Below, in pieces: positions 11,735 through 27,300 of a DNA stretch of 64,000 nt. The notes under the pieces were generated by a model. That model did no database searches and was not told the DNA's origin. It worked only from the letters and a program-made list of their open reading frames with translations. The stretch covers positions 930,001-994,000 of the forward strand of contig CAJFCJ010000014.1 of assembly GCA_904063045.1 (NCBI GenBank), read 5' to 3'. This DNA comes from Dimorphilus gyrociliatus. Lineage: Eukaryota; Animalia; Annelida. The translations under genes and the position numbers were made by a program. Position 1 is the stretch's first letter. Every line of letters starts with the position of its first letter.

Positions 11735-13144
11735 TTATTTTCTAGTTTTTGCTTTGACCTTTGTATTTTTTATTCTCTTTTTTACGTCCCCCGAAGAATT
11801 TTTTATCTTTTTTGCATCTTTTTTAATATTAGTTTTCGATTTTGAAGCCTCCTTCTGTTTCTGAATCATAGATTTGTTATATAGTGATCCACTACATCTG
11901 TGTAAACAAAGTACTAAAATACCTTTACTGCTCTCTGTACTCGTATCTTCCGACCTTGACAATCAGAACCATCTAATTTTAGAGCTAATTCGACCGATGA
12001 TTTGTCATTGAATAAAATATAGCCAAATCCTTTCCCCATTCCGGTCTTCCTATCACGAATAATTCTAACGTTCAATATCTGGCCACAATCTTGAAACGTA
12101 TCTCTCACTGTTTCTTCCTTAACATCTGAAAATATAAATCAAATTTTATAGCTATTTTAGACGATTCTAAATATGTAAAACTAACCAAATGGTAACGCCC
12201 CAATGAATACCGAGTGTTTATTATCATGCTGTATTGGATAAAAAATGTGTTAATATATATATTCTAATAAATAGTATATAGTATGAATAAAACTGGTATA
12301 TAAAAATATTTCTGTGTTTATGTTTATTTATATCTTTGACATTGAAACGCTTAGATTCTGAAATTTCCCACCTGCTTCTTACAACTGGTGTCTATTCTTA
12401 ATTGATGATTCTTCAAAATTGTAGTATTTCTGAAGGGAATGATTAATTCTTGAAATACGCTACAAAAACTGCGAAATAACACTGACTTACAATTTTAAAG
12501 CTGTAGGAATACTTTCTTCATTTTCGAATACAATATAGGCGTTTAAGCTATCTCTTTTCTCATTTATTTTCCGACTGTAAAGAAAGATTAACTTTAACTA
12601 TCATACTATTAACTCTATAATTATTTACTTGATTGCCGCTGCTTTCTTTGGTAATTTCGGATTTTCTGGGATCTATATAAAAAAAATATCGATTGTAGAG
12701 TTTTCCCTTATCGTTAAGTAAACTAACTAACAGCACATCTGTATCGTATACTTTCAACTTTCCCACATTTCCTGAAGAGCTTCTTTAATTCCTAAATTTA
12801 ATTAAAAATCAATTAGATAAAAATTTCAGGTAAATAATAAAGTTCTCTCCATTTACTTTTTTATCAACGTCCTTGGGTATGTTACCAACGAAGACTGTAC
12901 GCTTTTCTTGATCTGCGTTCCTTCTTTTTTTTAGCTGACGATCTCTTCGTGGTCTTTTAACATTTTTGTCATCTACTGCGTTTATTTCATCTTTATTCAC
13001 AGTTTTCTTTTCCTCTTTTGCTGGTATTTTTTTCAATTTTAACCTATCAGGTTTTGAGAATAGGGACGACAGCTTATTATTTTTAGAGGTACCACCATTT
13101 CCACTAAGGATATTCGAGATAGCCCCTTCGACATATTCAGACAT
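11735..13144 (-). CDS. RBM34: Nucleolar two-RRM protein RBM34/Nop12; exons 13144-12857, 12791-12732, 12672-12629, 12574-12491, 12429-12372, 12228-12186, 12125-11923, 11860-11735
   Basis: RTVFVGNIP, VESIRYRC, PKLPKKAAAI, LNAYIVF, SVFIGALPF, GMGKGFGYILF, lysine-rich tail; continuous frame across 7 GT-AG introns. Confidence 0.92.
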
Positions 13145-13288
13145 TTTGAAATGATATGATGTATATGATTCAAGTTATATATTAGTTTATATTAATTTGA
13201 ATAGTGTTAATTGTTTACTATCGAACAAATTCAAAACGTAACGTTTTAGTTGGATTGGCCTTTGTTCTTAGACGTTATAAAGAAAATT

Positions 13289-16200
13289 ATGTCGGTTAAC
13301 AGAGTTTCATGCTTCCATGTGGGCAACCTTAGTGCAGACGACAAAATAGGGTTATCAGGTCAGGTTACGAGTTCGGTGATCAACCATGAACTAACGGAAA
13401 CGCGTAGGAACACTTCAGCTTAATTTTTTTTTAGATACTCGAGGATTCCTGTTCCGCAACAAAAAATCTATTAATACATTCGTATTTGAATAGCGAACAG
13501 TTTTTCTTTTTCTACGCAATCGAACATAATTCTATAAATTTTCAACAAATTCGACCAACCTTGGAAAAAATTGATTAAAAAGCCTATCCCGCATCCGATA
13601 GTACAAAAAAGAGAGCACCAAAATGAACCCTATTATAAACTTATATATACAAAAGCCATTTTGTTGTCAGTTCTTTGATGGAACCTATCTGTTATGTGAA
13701 TAAGTACTTCATATAACTATTAGTATTTAATGACCACAGTGTCCATGTTATAATTTGTTCCACTCTACGAAATTCGAACATTCTACCAACCAAATTAAAT
13801 TTATTCTGTAAACTAAAATGTTCTCTGTTAACTTAATAAAAGAATGTATTGTTTTTTTTTGTTTATATTCAAATTGTTTAGGTAAAATTTAAATTGTATA
13901 AAAGAAAAACTAAAATAATACATGTTTATATGTACACTTATAAATTTGTTTAACAGCTCTTCAATTACAATGCACAACCAATCCGAAATTTATCAATAGT
14001 ATGAATTTTTTATTCATAAAGGGTTCAGATACTGTAAGAGAATGTTTTGAAAATATTTCAACGGATAATTATTCTATTTCCTTTTAGTTAATTCGATGTC
14101 GAATTTCCAAGGAAGGGCTGTCGAACAGGGAACAAATGAAACAAATGAAACAATACTTTATTTTAAACCTTTTACCCGAGATTGAGTTTTATAATACAAC
14201 TCAAAAGTGGACTTTGCAATTCCTGCATAGAGAAACAGTTCAATATAAGATCTTTTTTTAATAATATGAAAAAAAAATCATTAAGTTTTCTCTTGCTTAG
14301 GATATTGATAAGGATTTAGCTTGGGAACTAAGACTAAACAGGAAAAAGATCACTTGGAAAGCCCTATGTAAAATTTTACAATTAAGCTCAATTTTATCAC
14401 AATCATTAGATTAAAACAACTGTCTCTTCTCGTTTGTTCTATAGCCTTAATAAAAACGACATTTCATACGAAAGTATCGATAAGAATTAAGGGATTAGAA
14501 GAGCTAGAACTTAAAACGTCTATTCTTGATTTATCTACCGGTAAGAGTAACGTTCTTATTTCATTAAGCAATTCCTTATATAAACTTATTTCTAATCTGA
14601 CATTATAGAACCTCTTGCTGTAAAAACAATTGGGTCTAAAGAGGAAATACAAGATAATTTTAAATTTTACCCTGATTTCTTTTATTATTCTACAAGTCCC
14701 TGTTCAAACGATATTGCCCTTTTCTGGATCAAAGGTGAGCGAATGTCAATTTTAATCCTACGAATTCTTTCAAGTTAATTTTGTCTAGATAATTTTATTG
14801 GATTAACTTTATCGTCATTCTATCAAAGGAAAATATATAGAGGAAATTTTTTGTGCACTCTTTTCAAGCTACGTTAGTGTGCTATAACATTAATTGATTG
14901 ATTGGCATTGTCCTTTTTTATTTAATAAGCATACTGCAATACAGGGTCACCTTGCAAAGATCTACTGATATTGGATTTGAGGTTGACTAGAGACTGTATT
15001 TTGTTAGTGACAAACAAAGGAATTGTTGCTAGCGAAAATCTTGAAACATATAATGAGCATTTTAAATATTCTATAGTTTTCAAATTTAAGGTAAAGTTGG
15101 TTACATTTTTACATAATGTACATATTATACTGTAAATTTTTTCTTAAATATATTAGAAAGATGCTCTCTCTTGCCGTATAGGGTATTTATCATCATGCTT
15201 TTGGAGTACTGTTGACAAACAATCAGCTGAATATGCCACCTGCTTATGCAAATTTGAAAATAATGTTTCAAAAATGTACATTTCCGACAAACCATTTAGA
15301 ATATGGACTCTTTTACAACTATCAGATAAAACAGTCAATCAAACGTTAGACATTTATCCAGATTTGTTTCGCAGTGCCGTGTTACATCTACTTAAAGACA
15401 TAGTTAGTTTTGCACTTAAAAGAATTTTTTCTTGTTAACGACAAATGTATTTCAGCAAGGAAATACTATTCTATCAATCCATCCTAATAATCACCAATTG
15501 GGAGACTCAACAGTATTTAATATGGATTTTTACTTTGGTTGCTTGAAGTTGTTTTATCGCCCTTTTTCCATTACAGAATGAAGTAAATGAGACATTATAT
15601 TATTTATTAAAAGATGCTGATGTTGAAAGAATATTTATTCATCCTTTTTCATATATCATATTTTTATATGGAAAACAAGTAACGAAACTGAATAATTTAC
15701 AGTCTCTGACTGAGCGATTAATTGATTTGTTCTAATAGATTTGGTACTCGGAAGATGGTTCTTTAACATTCCATCTTTTATATAGTTCGAATTCTTCAAT
15801 TCGTCATATTTCCTCTCAAATTCTTACAGGAAATACAATTTTTATGTTTGAGAATGGCCAAGTTGTTTACTATCGAACAGGTAATTTAATCAAATTGATT
15901 TCTTTCCATAAAACATTCCAAATATTTCAGGCGCTGAAGAGATTTTCAGATTTAGAACGAAATTTTACAAAGATTTATTACATTTTAGCCAGTCTGATAG
16001 TTTATATAAATTATCGTTTCCATATTTGACAATAACCCCCGTTGATCTAAGTTCTGAAATTCAGGTGAAGGTTATATATTTTGATTTATCAAGGTCATTC
16101 AAATAACCTACTCTTTAGAAAAACTCCAAAGTTGAATGCCCTCTTCATATTGGCTCCGGTCTAAATTTCACGGAAAGTGTTATAGAAATGGATTTGTTAG

Positions 16201-17776
16201 ATAACGTTAGAACTTCAATACTCGTTCCGTCCAATACATTACGTTTGTAGCCAATAACATATAATCTAGTTGTCAGCGTATAATTTAAAAATATTGTAGC
16301 TAGATTTAAGATCGCTCCATATCCGCTAATTAATTCTATTATATTTAATACCGAAACTTATTATAAATACAAGAAATTAGATATTCGGCTATCACCTTCC
16401 GGAAAGTCAAAAGTATATTTTTCAATTAAGGAATTCCATGAGATATTTCTCTATTCTTTTGTTTATATATTAATTTCTATAGGGAACAACCGTTCTTAGA
16501 ATAATTCAATCAGATACGCCAATTAACTGTGAAACTATTAGTCTAATCTATTTCATTAACGTTGGCTGTCCATCGTTTAGTACACTCAACTTCCATTATA
16601 CTGTGAGCTCAACGGATGATGATTTGTATGAAGCGGAAGAATTTTTACAGACACATGACACTGATTCATTTGTTGAATTGCCGGTATATACGTATTTTAA
16701 ATTGTATCTGAAGAAAGATAAATGAATACTGTAATTTCGACATATCCTATTTGCTCTACAAAAATATTCTTCACTTTGTTGAATGTAGAAGAACTACAGA
16801 CCGCCGTCTTTGTATGGTACAGATTTTGCTGTTTCTACAAATATTTATAATGCAGATCCTGCATCAACAATCCACGATGATAGGGGTTATATATCAGATA
16901 TGGTAATTAGTCTATTGCTAAAAAAAATTTATATTTACTGACTAAGATATACCCTCTTTGACCTTAGCGAATTGCGTTCTTCAAGCAATGTGCAGGTAAA
17001 AAAATAAGGGAACATTGCGGCTGCACGAAAGACATGATTGCATCGACCTCTGTTGAGAACAGCGATTGCCGTGAGCGTGTTTTCCGCGTAAAGAAACGAA
17101 GCGGAGAATCAGCAAGGCTAATTCTAAATTTAACTTATTATAGGCCTAGTTCAGGTTCTACTCTAAAACTAATAGAACCATTTATGGTCAAAATTGAAGA
17201 GATAAATAACAGACCATTTACATTAGACGGTATTGTATTATTTATGATTATACTTTATTGACAACTAAAATAAATTTGAAGATTATGCTATCAATCTGTT
17301 TTTTATCTAAAGATGAGTCAATTAACCGGGAGTATTTATTTTTGAAAAACATCGGAAATAGCGATAATATCCGAAACCGGCCTACAGCAAGAATAGTTAC
17401 GGCTTCCAATACTATAATAATGATGGATAGAATGGAACTTTATCACTTTCGAATAACACTTTTAAATCAACAGACGTTTTGCAGGCTCTCAACCGAAGTA
17501 CAAGTTTTCGTTCAACCACCTCCTATTAGTTTACTTGAGGAAAATATTGTTAAATTTACGGCAACAATCTTGTTCGGACTGTTAATGAGCACGTTGTATA
17601 TATTGCAGTTGTTTGAGAGGAAAAAAGCCAAAAGTAGAGGAATTGGTCCACAATGCCCTGATCCTCAAGATTTGAGAGAATATCATGGACGTCACAGAAA
17701 GTATTGCCCTCCTTCTTTTTATATTCTTAGAGGAATTAGAAAAGTTGATAAAATCTCGAACGGTGATAGTAAATGA
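13289..17776 (+). CDS. CATSPERB: CatSper channel auxiliary subunit beta (multi-exon, 5' end uncertain)
   Basis: Last exon ELYHFRITLLNQQTFCRLSTEVQVFVQPPP + TM (IVKFTATILFGLLMSTLYILQ) matches the mammalian CATSPERB C-terminus LYHFRVTVISGVTFCNLIEEFQIYVDEAP..TAVVLGGLIF as I recall it. Internal exons give YGKQIWYSEDGSLTF (Asp-box-like) and SLFKRYCPF. Many short exons; not all junctions resolved. Confidence 0.72.
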
Positions 17777-17898
17777 TTATGACATTAGAAGAGGTAAATG
17801 ATTGAATGGGGATATAGGTTTTGACGATTCCACATTGTCTAATAGTCCTTTATGTATTTATTATATACAGTTTTCATTATAATCTGTATGAATTATAT

Positions 17899-20800
17899 CT
17901 ACTGTTGATCGAAAAACTTGCAGACTTCAGCGAATATTTCATCAACAGTTCCGTCAGCTTTAACTTCCAAGGTCTTCCCTTGTTTTGCGTAATGATCAAT
18001 GGTAGGTTGCGTTAATTGGTGAAAGGTGTTCAATCTTTTCTTTATAGTCTCCTCGTTGTCATCAACTCTACCGCTCGTTTCACCCCTCTTCAATAGCCTT
18101 TGTACCATAATGTCATCATTAACATTAAAATAAATAACATTCTTCACTTCTTTGATTTCTTTCTCAAAACGTAAACCTTGATCGAGTTCTCTGGGATAAC
18201 CATCAATAAGAAAACCTTTGGGATTTTCAGCTTTACGCATTGCCTCTCCTATCAACTGTTGATGGAAAAAAAGTCAGTAGATTTAAGTGCATGTTACACA
18301 AATGGAAGAATTTCAAAGCCCTACCTGCAAGACAATATCAAGAGAGACAAGTTCACCCCTTTCCATTATTTGAGTTAGTTCTTCACCTCTTTGCGAACCA
18401 GATTTGACTTCGCTCCTTAATAAATCACCAGATGATAAATGACAAAAACCATATTTTTCGACTAATTTGTCACATTGGGTTCCCTTACCACTTCCGGGAC
18501 CACCAAGTACGAAATAAACATTTGCTGTTGAAAATAATTGAAAAAAATTATGCAACTTTGTTTAACATCTGAAATTTAGAGTGAAATTTTGCTGATTGAG
18601 TAATTTAATAAGCTAAGATCTTGATGTGAGAAATAAATCTAATGCTAGATAATAAAAAAGCGACTAGATAAAGGTAGAAAACAGGAACTTTAAGTGTCTA
18701 GCTATATGAAAGACCTTCTATTTCCTTTGGTGGTTCTGCTTCTTTTAATGATAATTCATTCAATTCTTTGGTATAGTCTGTGTTGCCTTTGTCACCTAAC
18801 TTTGATTCAACTTCTTTTTTAATATTCTGCTCTACAGGTATGTTGTCAAGCTCTGCGCTATAAATTGGATTAGCAATATTATCGCCAGTTTTATCTTTAG
18901 TCTCCTTCTTGATTAAAGATTCTTCCTTAGATGTTTTCCCACCTTAGATCGCAAACACAATAAAAGCAAACAAGGCACACAATGAATGTTTTGACATGCT
19001 TAATTTAACAATTTAAAGGCCTATTCGAGTAAAAAATTTGTGAACCTAGTAGGATTTTACGTCATAAACAAAATTTTACTCGAAAGCGCCATTTATAGTG
19101 TGATGTATTATACATATACAAATATATATATAACATCTAATAGCTACTCACCAGAGATGGACTGAAACAAATAAATCAATTTTTAATAATCTACTCAAAT
19201 GGATTATGAAATAATGATATCGTAAAATAATAATATTAAGCTTACAGCCATAGTATTTACTGGTCACACGAATATAGTATACTGTACGCAAACTATCGAT
19301 CCACCCAACCTACAGATTCTACAGTGCAAAACTCTGAGGTGCAGTACAAATTTATCTCAGCGCTCATTCGTTGCGATTGACCTTATACATATTTATGATA
19401 GCCTATTTTTGATGGGATCCAAAAATATATCTACGTGAAAAGTATTGAATTCCTTATTTATAGAAAACAGTAACTACCTTTTTGAAAACAAATACAGCAT
19501 ATATATTATATAGTATGGTATATATACTCATACATAGACAAGTATATACATAAAGGAATAATAAATTTGATCTTTTATTCCTTTATACGTAACAATTTAC
19601 CTCTATAAAGGAATCGCTTATATATTTTCTATCATTTGTTATTTTTTTTATTTATTTTTAAGTAGGTTAACATTCTCTCTATCTCGTGCTTCTTTTCTCC
19701 TACGTAATTATAGATATTAACCTAATACATTAGAGACAATGTTTACTTACATCTGTATCGCTTTTTTCTGTTTCTGATGGATTTATTGCTGTAACGTTGT
19801 TAAATACTGTTTGCACATCTGAGAAAATTTGGTCCGAGGATGAATTCAATCCGTCAATCTTAGTGAAAAAATTAGATTTAATTGTTATAAGTTTAATTAA
19901 TAAAATAGAATCAGGAAAGAGAGAGAGAAAGAGAAAGAGAGATTCTCTTCTTCTCTTTTCAATACTTACAACAGTCAATTTCCCACAGTCGTCTAAATAA
20001 GGTAAAATTGGTAATGTTTGGTGCTTGAATATATTTATCCTGCGATTTGCAATCTCCTTCTCTTCATTTGTTTCACAATTCTTTTCTAAGTTGTCTCTCA
20101 TTGTTTTTTCATCAATATCGACAAGAATAACGTGTTTTATACCACCGATTTTGACATTTAGGTCATCAATTTGCTTCTCATTCCGTGGAAAACCCACTAT
20201 AAGAATTAATTGTGAATCTTTAAGTTCTTTTAGACGGTTAGATAACAAATCAAAGGCAGTTTCCTATAAAAATTGCATTAGCTGTATTAAATCAAAGTGA
20301 GTTTGCTGTATGAATCTCTTACATCGGAGATTAATTGGCCGCTTTTAACTTTATCTGCTTCATCGATCCACTTTATCTCAGAATGAACTTGTATTTCTGA
20401 GCGGATTAATTCTCCCATATTCACAAGACTAATTGACGGATGGTTACTTATAAGACGTTCACATAACTGTTTTATTCCACTTCCAGGACCACCTAAAACA
20501 ATTATAATGGGACATTGAGGCAGATCCTTTGTCCTCCCTGTATCTACTGTTGTAATAACTGCAGGAAGTTTAAAGTCCGATTGTGGTCGTTCTTCTTTAC
20601 TTTCAATATTTGATGTTGAACTTTCTACATCTTTGGGAATTGCTGGTGGGTGAGGCACATGTGAACCTAAGAGAATATCGAAGAAAAAAATTAGAATAAT
20701 GTCCTATTTAAACGTGTATATACTGTATATATTATCTGTTATCGAGACTATTATCAATTTTTAACAATAAATATTATAACAAACCTGATGCGATAATACT

Positions 20801-22126
20801 TGAATCAAAGTTTACTGCTAAATCATTAAGTATGGCATCTTTTTCTCGATCACAATCGCATTCAATCTTTTCATGAATAAAAATATATTGTTAATAGGAA
20901 AAGCATCCGTATTTTAGACATACCACAATAAGTTTATTTTGATCATCGTAATGTTTCAATACCACTAAAGTATTTCCCATAAAAACACTTAATTTTTTCA
21001 ATCCAGTATTTTCATTATTATCTATTCTACTGGAATCTTCATGTCTTTTTTTCAGTGCATCTCTCAGGAAAGTTTCTTCAAAATCCAGAAGGAAGATTGC
21101 ATCAACTCTACCAATCTATAAAACAAATAAAAATTACATGAAACTAATTAATTGTAGTTGTTACAAAGATAATGAAGCTTCTATTTACATTTTTGTCATA
21201 TTCTTCAATCTGTTCTATAGTTCTTGGATAGCCTTCGATTAATATTCCTTTTGCATCCATATTTTGAGAGAGAGTATCTTTCAATGTTTGCATTACTAAA
21301 CCCTAAATCGCATTACACCACAAAAGTCTCAATTAAAAAAAATTCAAGTATATTAGCTGATAATGGAACTTTACCTGAGGTGCTAATTCACCTTCCTGTA
21401 CTAATGTTTTTGCCCTCTTCCATTCGTCATTCTCGTCAGCAAAGTTTTTAATATTCTCTCTAATTAATTCCCCAACCGAAATGCGAATCCATCCTGAGTA
21501 GCGTTCGAGTAGCATGTTTGAATATTCGCCTTTGTTACTCCCTGGGGCTCCTGTGAATGTCGTGGGCGAGTAAGAATTAGGTTTAAGACGAAAGCTTTTT
21601 CCCTACAGTATAAATAAATACTAACCACAAATAAAAACTATGGGGCAATTAGGTATTTTATCGCTTATTGGAGGAAGTACGGTGGACTTTACCATATTGC
21701 TGGATTCTGTTTATATATTTATTCAATTTTTTACTCATGTACAAGAAATTACTATAAAAAAAATTACCAGTTATAAAACTTGGATCACGGGACCTAAAAT
21801 CATTTTGCGGTGTGACTGATCCGATTGGCGGCAAAACACGTCTTGCCGACCGACGTTGATGTTCAATGAAAATGTTCCATTTTAGTTGTTCTATTCCAAT
21901 TTTTTTTGCTTTTTGCAAACATTCGAGTAGATAGTCTATATGATCTTGCGGTCTATTATACATTAGACCAGTCATTAGACACTGAAAGTTTATATTTTGA
22001 AAATTATAAACTGCTGACGTTTGAAAATAACGATAAAGCTAGTATTAATTTGGCATATTTTACCTCAAATAATTGAGGAATATCCCTTTGTGAAAGATAT
22101 TCTTTAGCATCAACTGTCGTAGTCAT
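17899..22126 (-). CDS. AK5: Adenylate kinase 5-like protein with N-terminal docking domain and three AK domains
   Basis: N-terminus [39 protein letters not shown] (AK5-type). AK domains carry P-loops [16 protein letters not shown] and [11 protein letters not shown]. Domains 2 and 3 are linked by the donor at 19750, a 10-nt microexon (19161-19152) and a linker exon (18942-18715). Confidence 0.85.
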
Positions 22127-24373
<2,247 letters not shown>

Positions 24374-26917
24374 ATGAGAACGTAGCGAGAAATCGTGACG
24401 GATTAATTTTATATATTATATATCGTGGAGTTAAATAACAAGGTTCTATCTGCAAAAGTAATCTTTTTAAGAAATGACAGTTAAAGTTATTGTAGTGTGT
24501 AAATACGATTTCATACACATATGATAAACTATGATATTTATTTATAGGTTAAATAACAAAAAAATAACAAATTATATTGCATGAGTATTTTGTAATTAAA
24601 TTTTCGACGGAAGTCTCAACAACCCTTTTAAATTTGATAAATGTATGATTTATCTCATTTATTTATAAAGGTAATTATTTTTTTATGAGAATAATTCTTC
24701 AACTGGAGTCATTTGTTGCAGGGTAGTGTAAAAAAGTTTTTGCCTTAAAATATTTGCTTACTAATCGACAAAATTCTATTTCAGAATAGGTTTTTTTTAA
24801 AAAAGGAAGTGAATACTTGTTTAAGAGTATACTTTCCTTATTATAATCCAGAAAACGAATTCTTGTTGCTAAAGGTTTTTCTTGTATGTTGATATGTTTC
24901 TGTTAAAAAATTCCAAAGAATTTGAATCAATTTCTTGAATTTCGAGAAAAAGTATTGCCGAAATTGTTATTAATGTGAAAAACTGTCTGTTACTTTATAT
25001 ATCTAAATATATATGTATATATATATATATATATATATTTAGATATAAAATGCATATTAAAGATTTATTAATATGTATTTATATACAACGTTTTATTTTT
25101 TTTTTTAATTGGTAATTTTCTAGTCGCTTGTGGGAGATCTAAAAAATCGAATAATTCTTGAGAATTTTTCATTTAAAAAAGCTAATAAAACTTAAGCGAA
25201 TTTCTTAACCACCGAAAAAATTTACCCTAATGAGTATTTTGCAGTAAACAAATTCTTAACAATCATCAGCTCTTAAGAGTAAAGAACAACAAAGCATTAT
25301 TTTCTAAGAATAGAATAATTTATGTTTTGGAAAAGAGTCCCTTTTTACTTCTCCGATTTTCTTTCGTGTGTGGCTTTTAATATGATTATGCTCTTATGAC
25401 AAGAATTCGATAATGGAAAACCTATTCTAACTCCTGTCGACAAATAATCGTATGAAACTATATCGTTCCTCTTAAAATCATGATGATACCAAACAAAATC
25501 TGTGTTTTAACGAAGCTCTATAAATCGAACATTTATTTAAAAGAAAAGAAAAAAAAATGTTCTGCTGATTAACTATTGATTTCGAGTCTTCGCATTTTAA
25601 TGGTTCTTTTTGATTTTACAGATAGAACTTTGTTATTTATTTCTAGTTTAAAGAACACTTTTTTTTGTTTTGTTTTTTTGTTTTGTTCTTTTTTTCACTT
25701 TTTTACCTTAAATGTCATTATATCAATCTTTTGTTTGTCTTGCGTCGATTTTTAAGTCAGTTCATTAATTATCTGATAGAACCTTGTCTTTCTAGCTCTA
25801 TTTCTCTTAAAAAGAACATACGTATATGTTTTTGTCAGCGTGTATACTCTTTCATGTGTTAGGTTTCCTAAGAAGAGAAACGTTTGTTTCATTTGTTACA
25901 TACCAAGCAGAAGATGAAAAAAAAATAATCAAATTACTTATTTCCTAGATTATTTGAACTGCTCAAATGTGCTTGGTTTTACTGTATATAAATATATTTA
26001 TGTATATACCATCATAACTGCTGTTGCGTGAAAAATATCTCATCATTTTGTACAGCCATCTCCTCTATACAGATTGCATACTTCCACTTATATCTGTTTG
26101 TATTGTAATATTGTACATAGATAACCTATATTACATTGATATATTTATATATCATACAAAAGAACATTCATAAAAGATGCTTTATTTCTATATCGAAATG
26201 GGAAACAATATAAGATAGTTATTAATTAGCAACCTTGTTCCTAAACATACCTGATTTACTTACATAGTAAATAAACTTTGAGTAACTGCACTTGGCTTAG
26301 TTCAGCTATTATCCAGATGAAAAAAAGAAAAGAAAATCTTGGAGGCGCCATCTGTCATATTTCAAAAATATGAAAATGTTCATTATATCTCATTTTCGAA
26401 ATATAAACTCGATAATTTACATCGTAACATTACCTTTCGAAGGAGTTCATTGAACGACTCCAACCGCTAATAGTACTACCTGACTATGTAATAGGAGTTT
26501 TCATTTTAAATATTTTTATATATAGTATAGTAGAAAGAATAGAAATTATAGGAAAGTAAATGAAATCCAATATTGACGTTTAAAGGAGAGTAAGACTAAT
26601 TTATCGAAATTACTTTTGAAGTACTTTTAAAGAAAATTTTAATGCTAAAGGAAAAATTTAATAATTATACGAATAGGCGAAAGACTTATAAAAAGAGGAC
26701 ATAATTTCCAACTTTTGCTTTATAATTGTAATAATTGATGCGTATTGCGAAAAAATTTATCATTATACTTTTTCCTATGGTTAATTAACCTACGACGTAT
26801 GTTAGAGGGACCCTAGCACGCACATAAAATCGAATAGAGGCCTAGGGTGACGTTTGCAGCGTCATTCGACATCCGGCCGTCAGTTACGTTACACTAGAGG
26901 CTCATTCATGTACAAAT

Positions 26918-27264
26918 ATGGGCCAGAGTTCTAGTCGCAGTCAGTTAACACCGAATCAAATTCGCAAGCCATCAATGACATCACCAATAGACGCCGAAGA
27001 TAAACGTCTGGAAGAGCTAAGGGATATAGAAAGGCCAAAATTGTATCTAAATCAGATTGAATTGATTAGCAGTAGCTGGAAGATGGCAGAATCAGATATT
27101 GAGAAAGTTGGTGTGGTAATGTTCATACAGTAAGTCGATGCGAATACCCTTTTCGCTTTCTTCTAATAAGATTGTGACGATTATTCTATCAGTTTACACC
27201 ATTTGCACATGTAAAAAAATAATAACAAAAGTCAGTTATACCTGTTTGCCATGTATGTTGTTTG

Positions 27265-27300
<36 letters not shown>

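Noticed and set aside
11898-11922. Apparent 25-nt intron in RBM34
   Set aside because: Phase mismatch; a 62-nt intron ending at 11861 restores the frame.
13165-13237. Signal-peptide-like frame for CATSPERB needing a 2-nt correction in a TA tract
   Set aside because: Stop in the frame as sequenced, and the donor phase does not match downstream exons; the 5' end is left unresolved.
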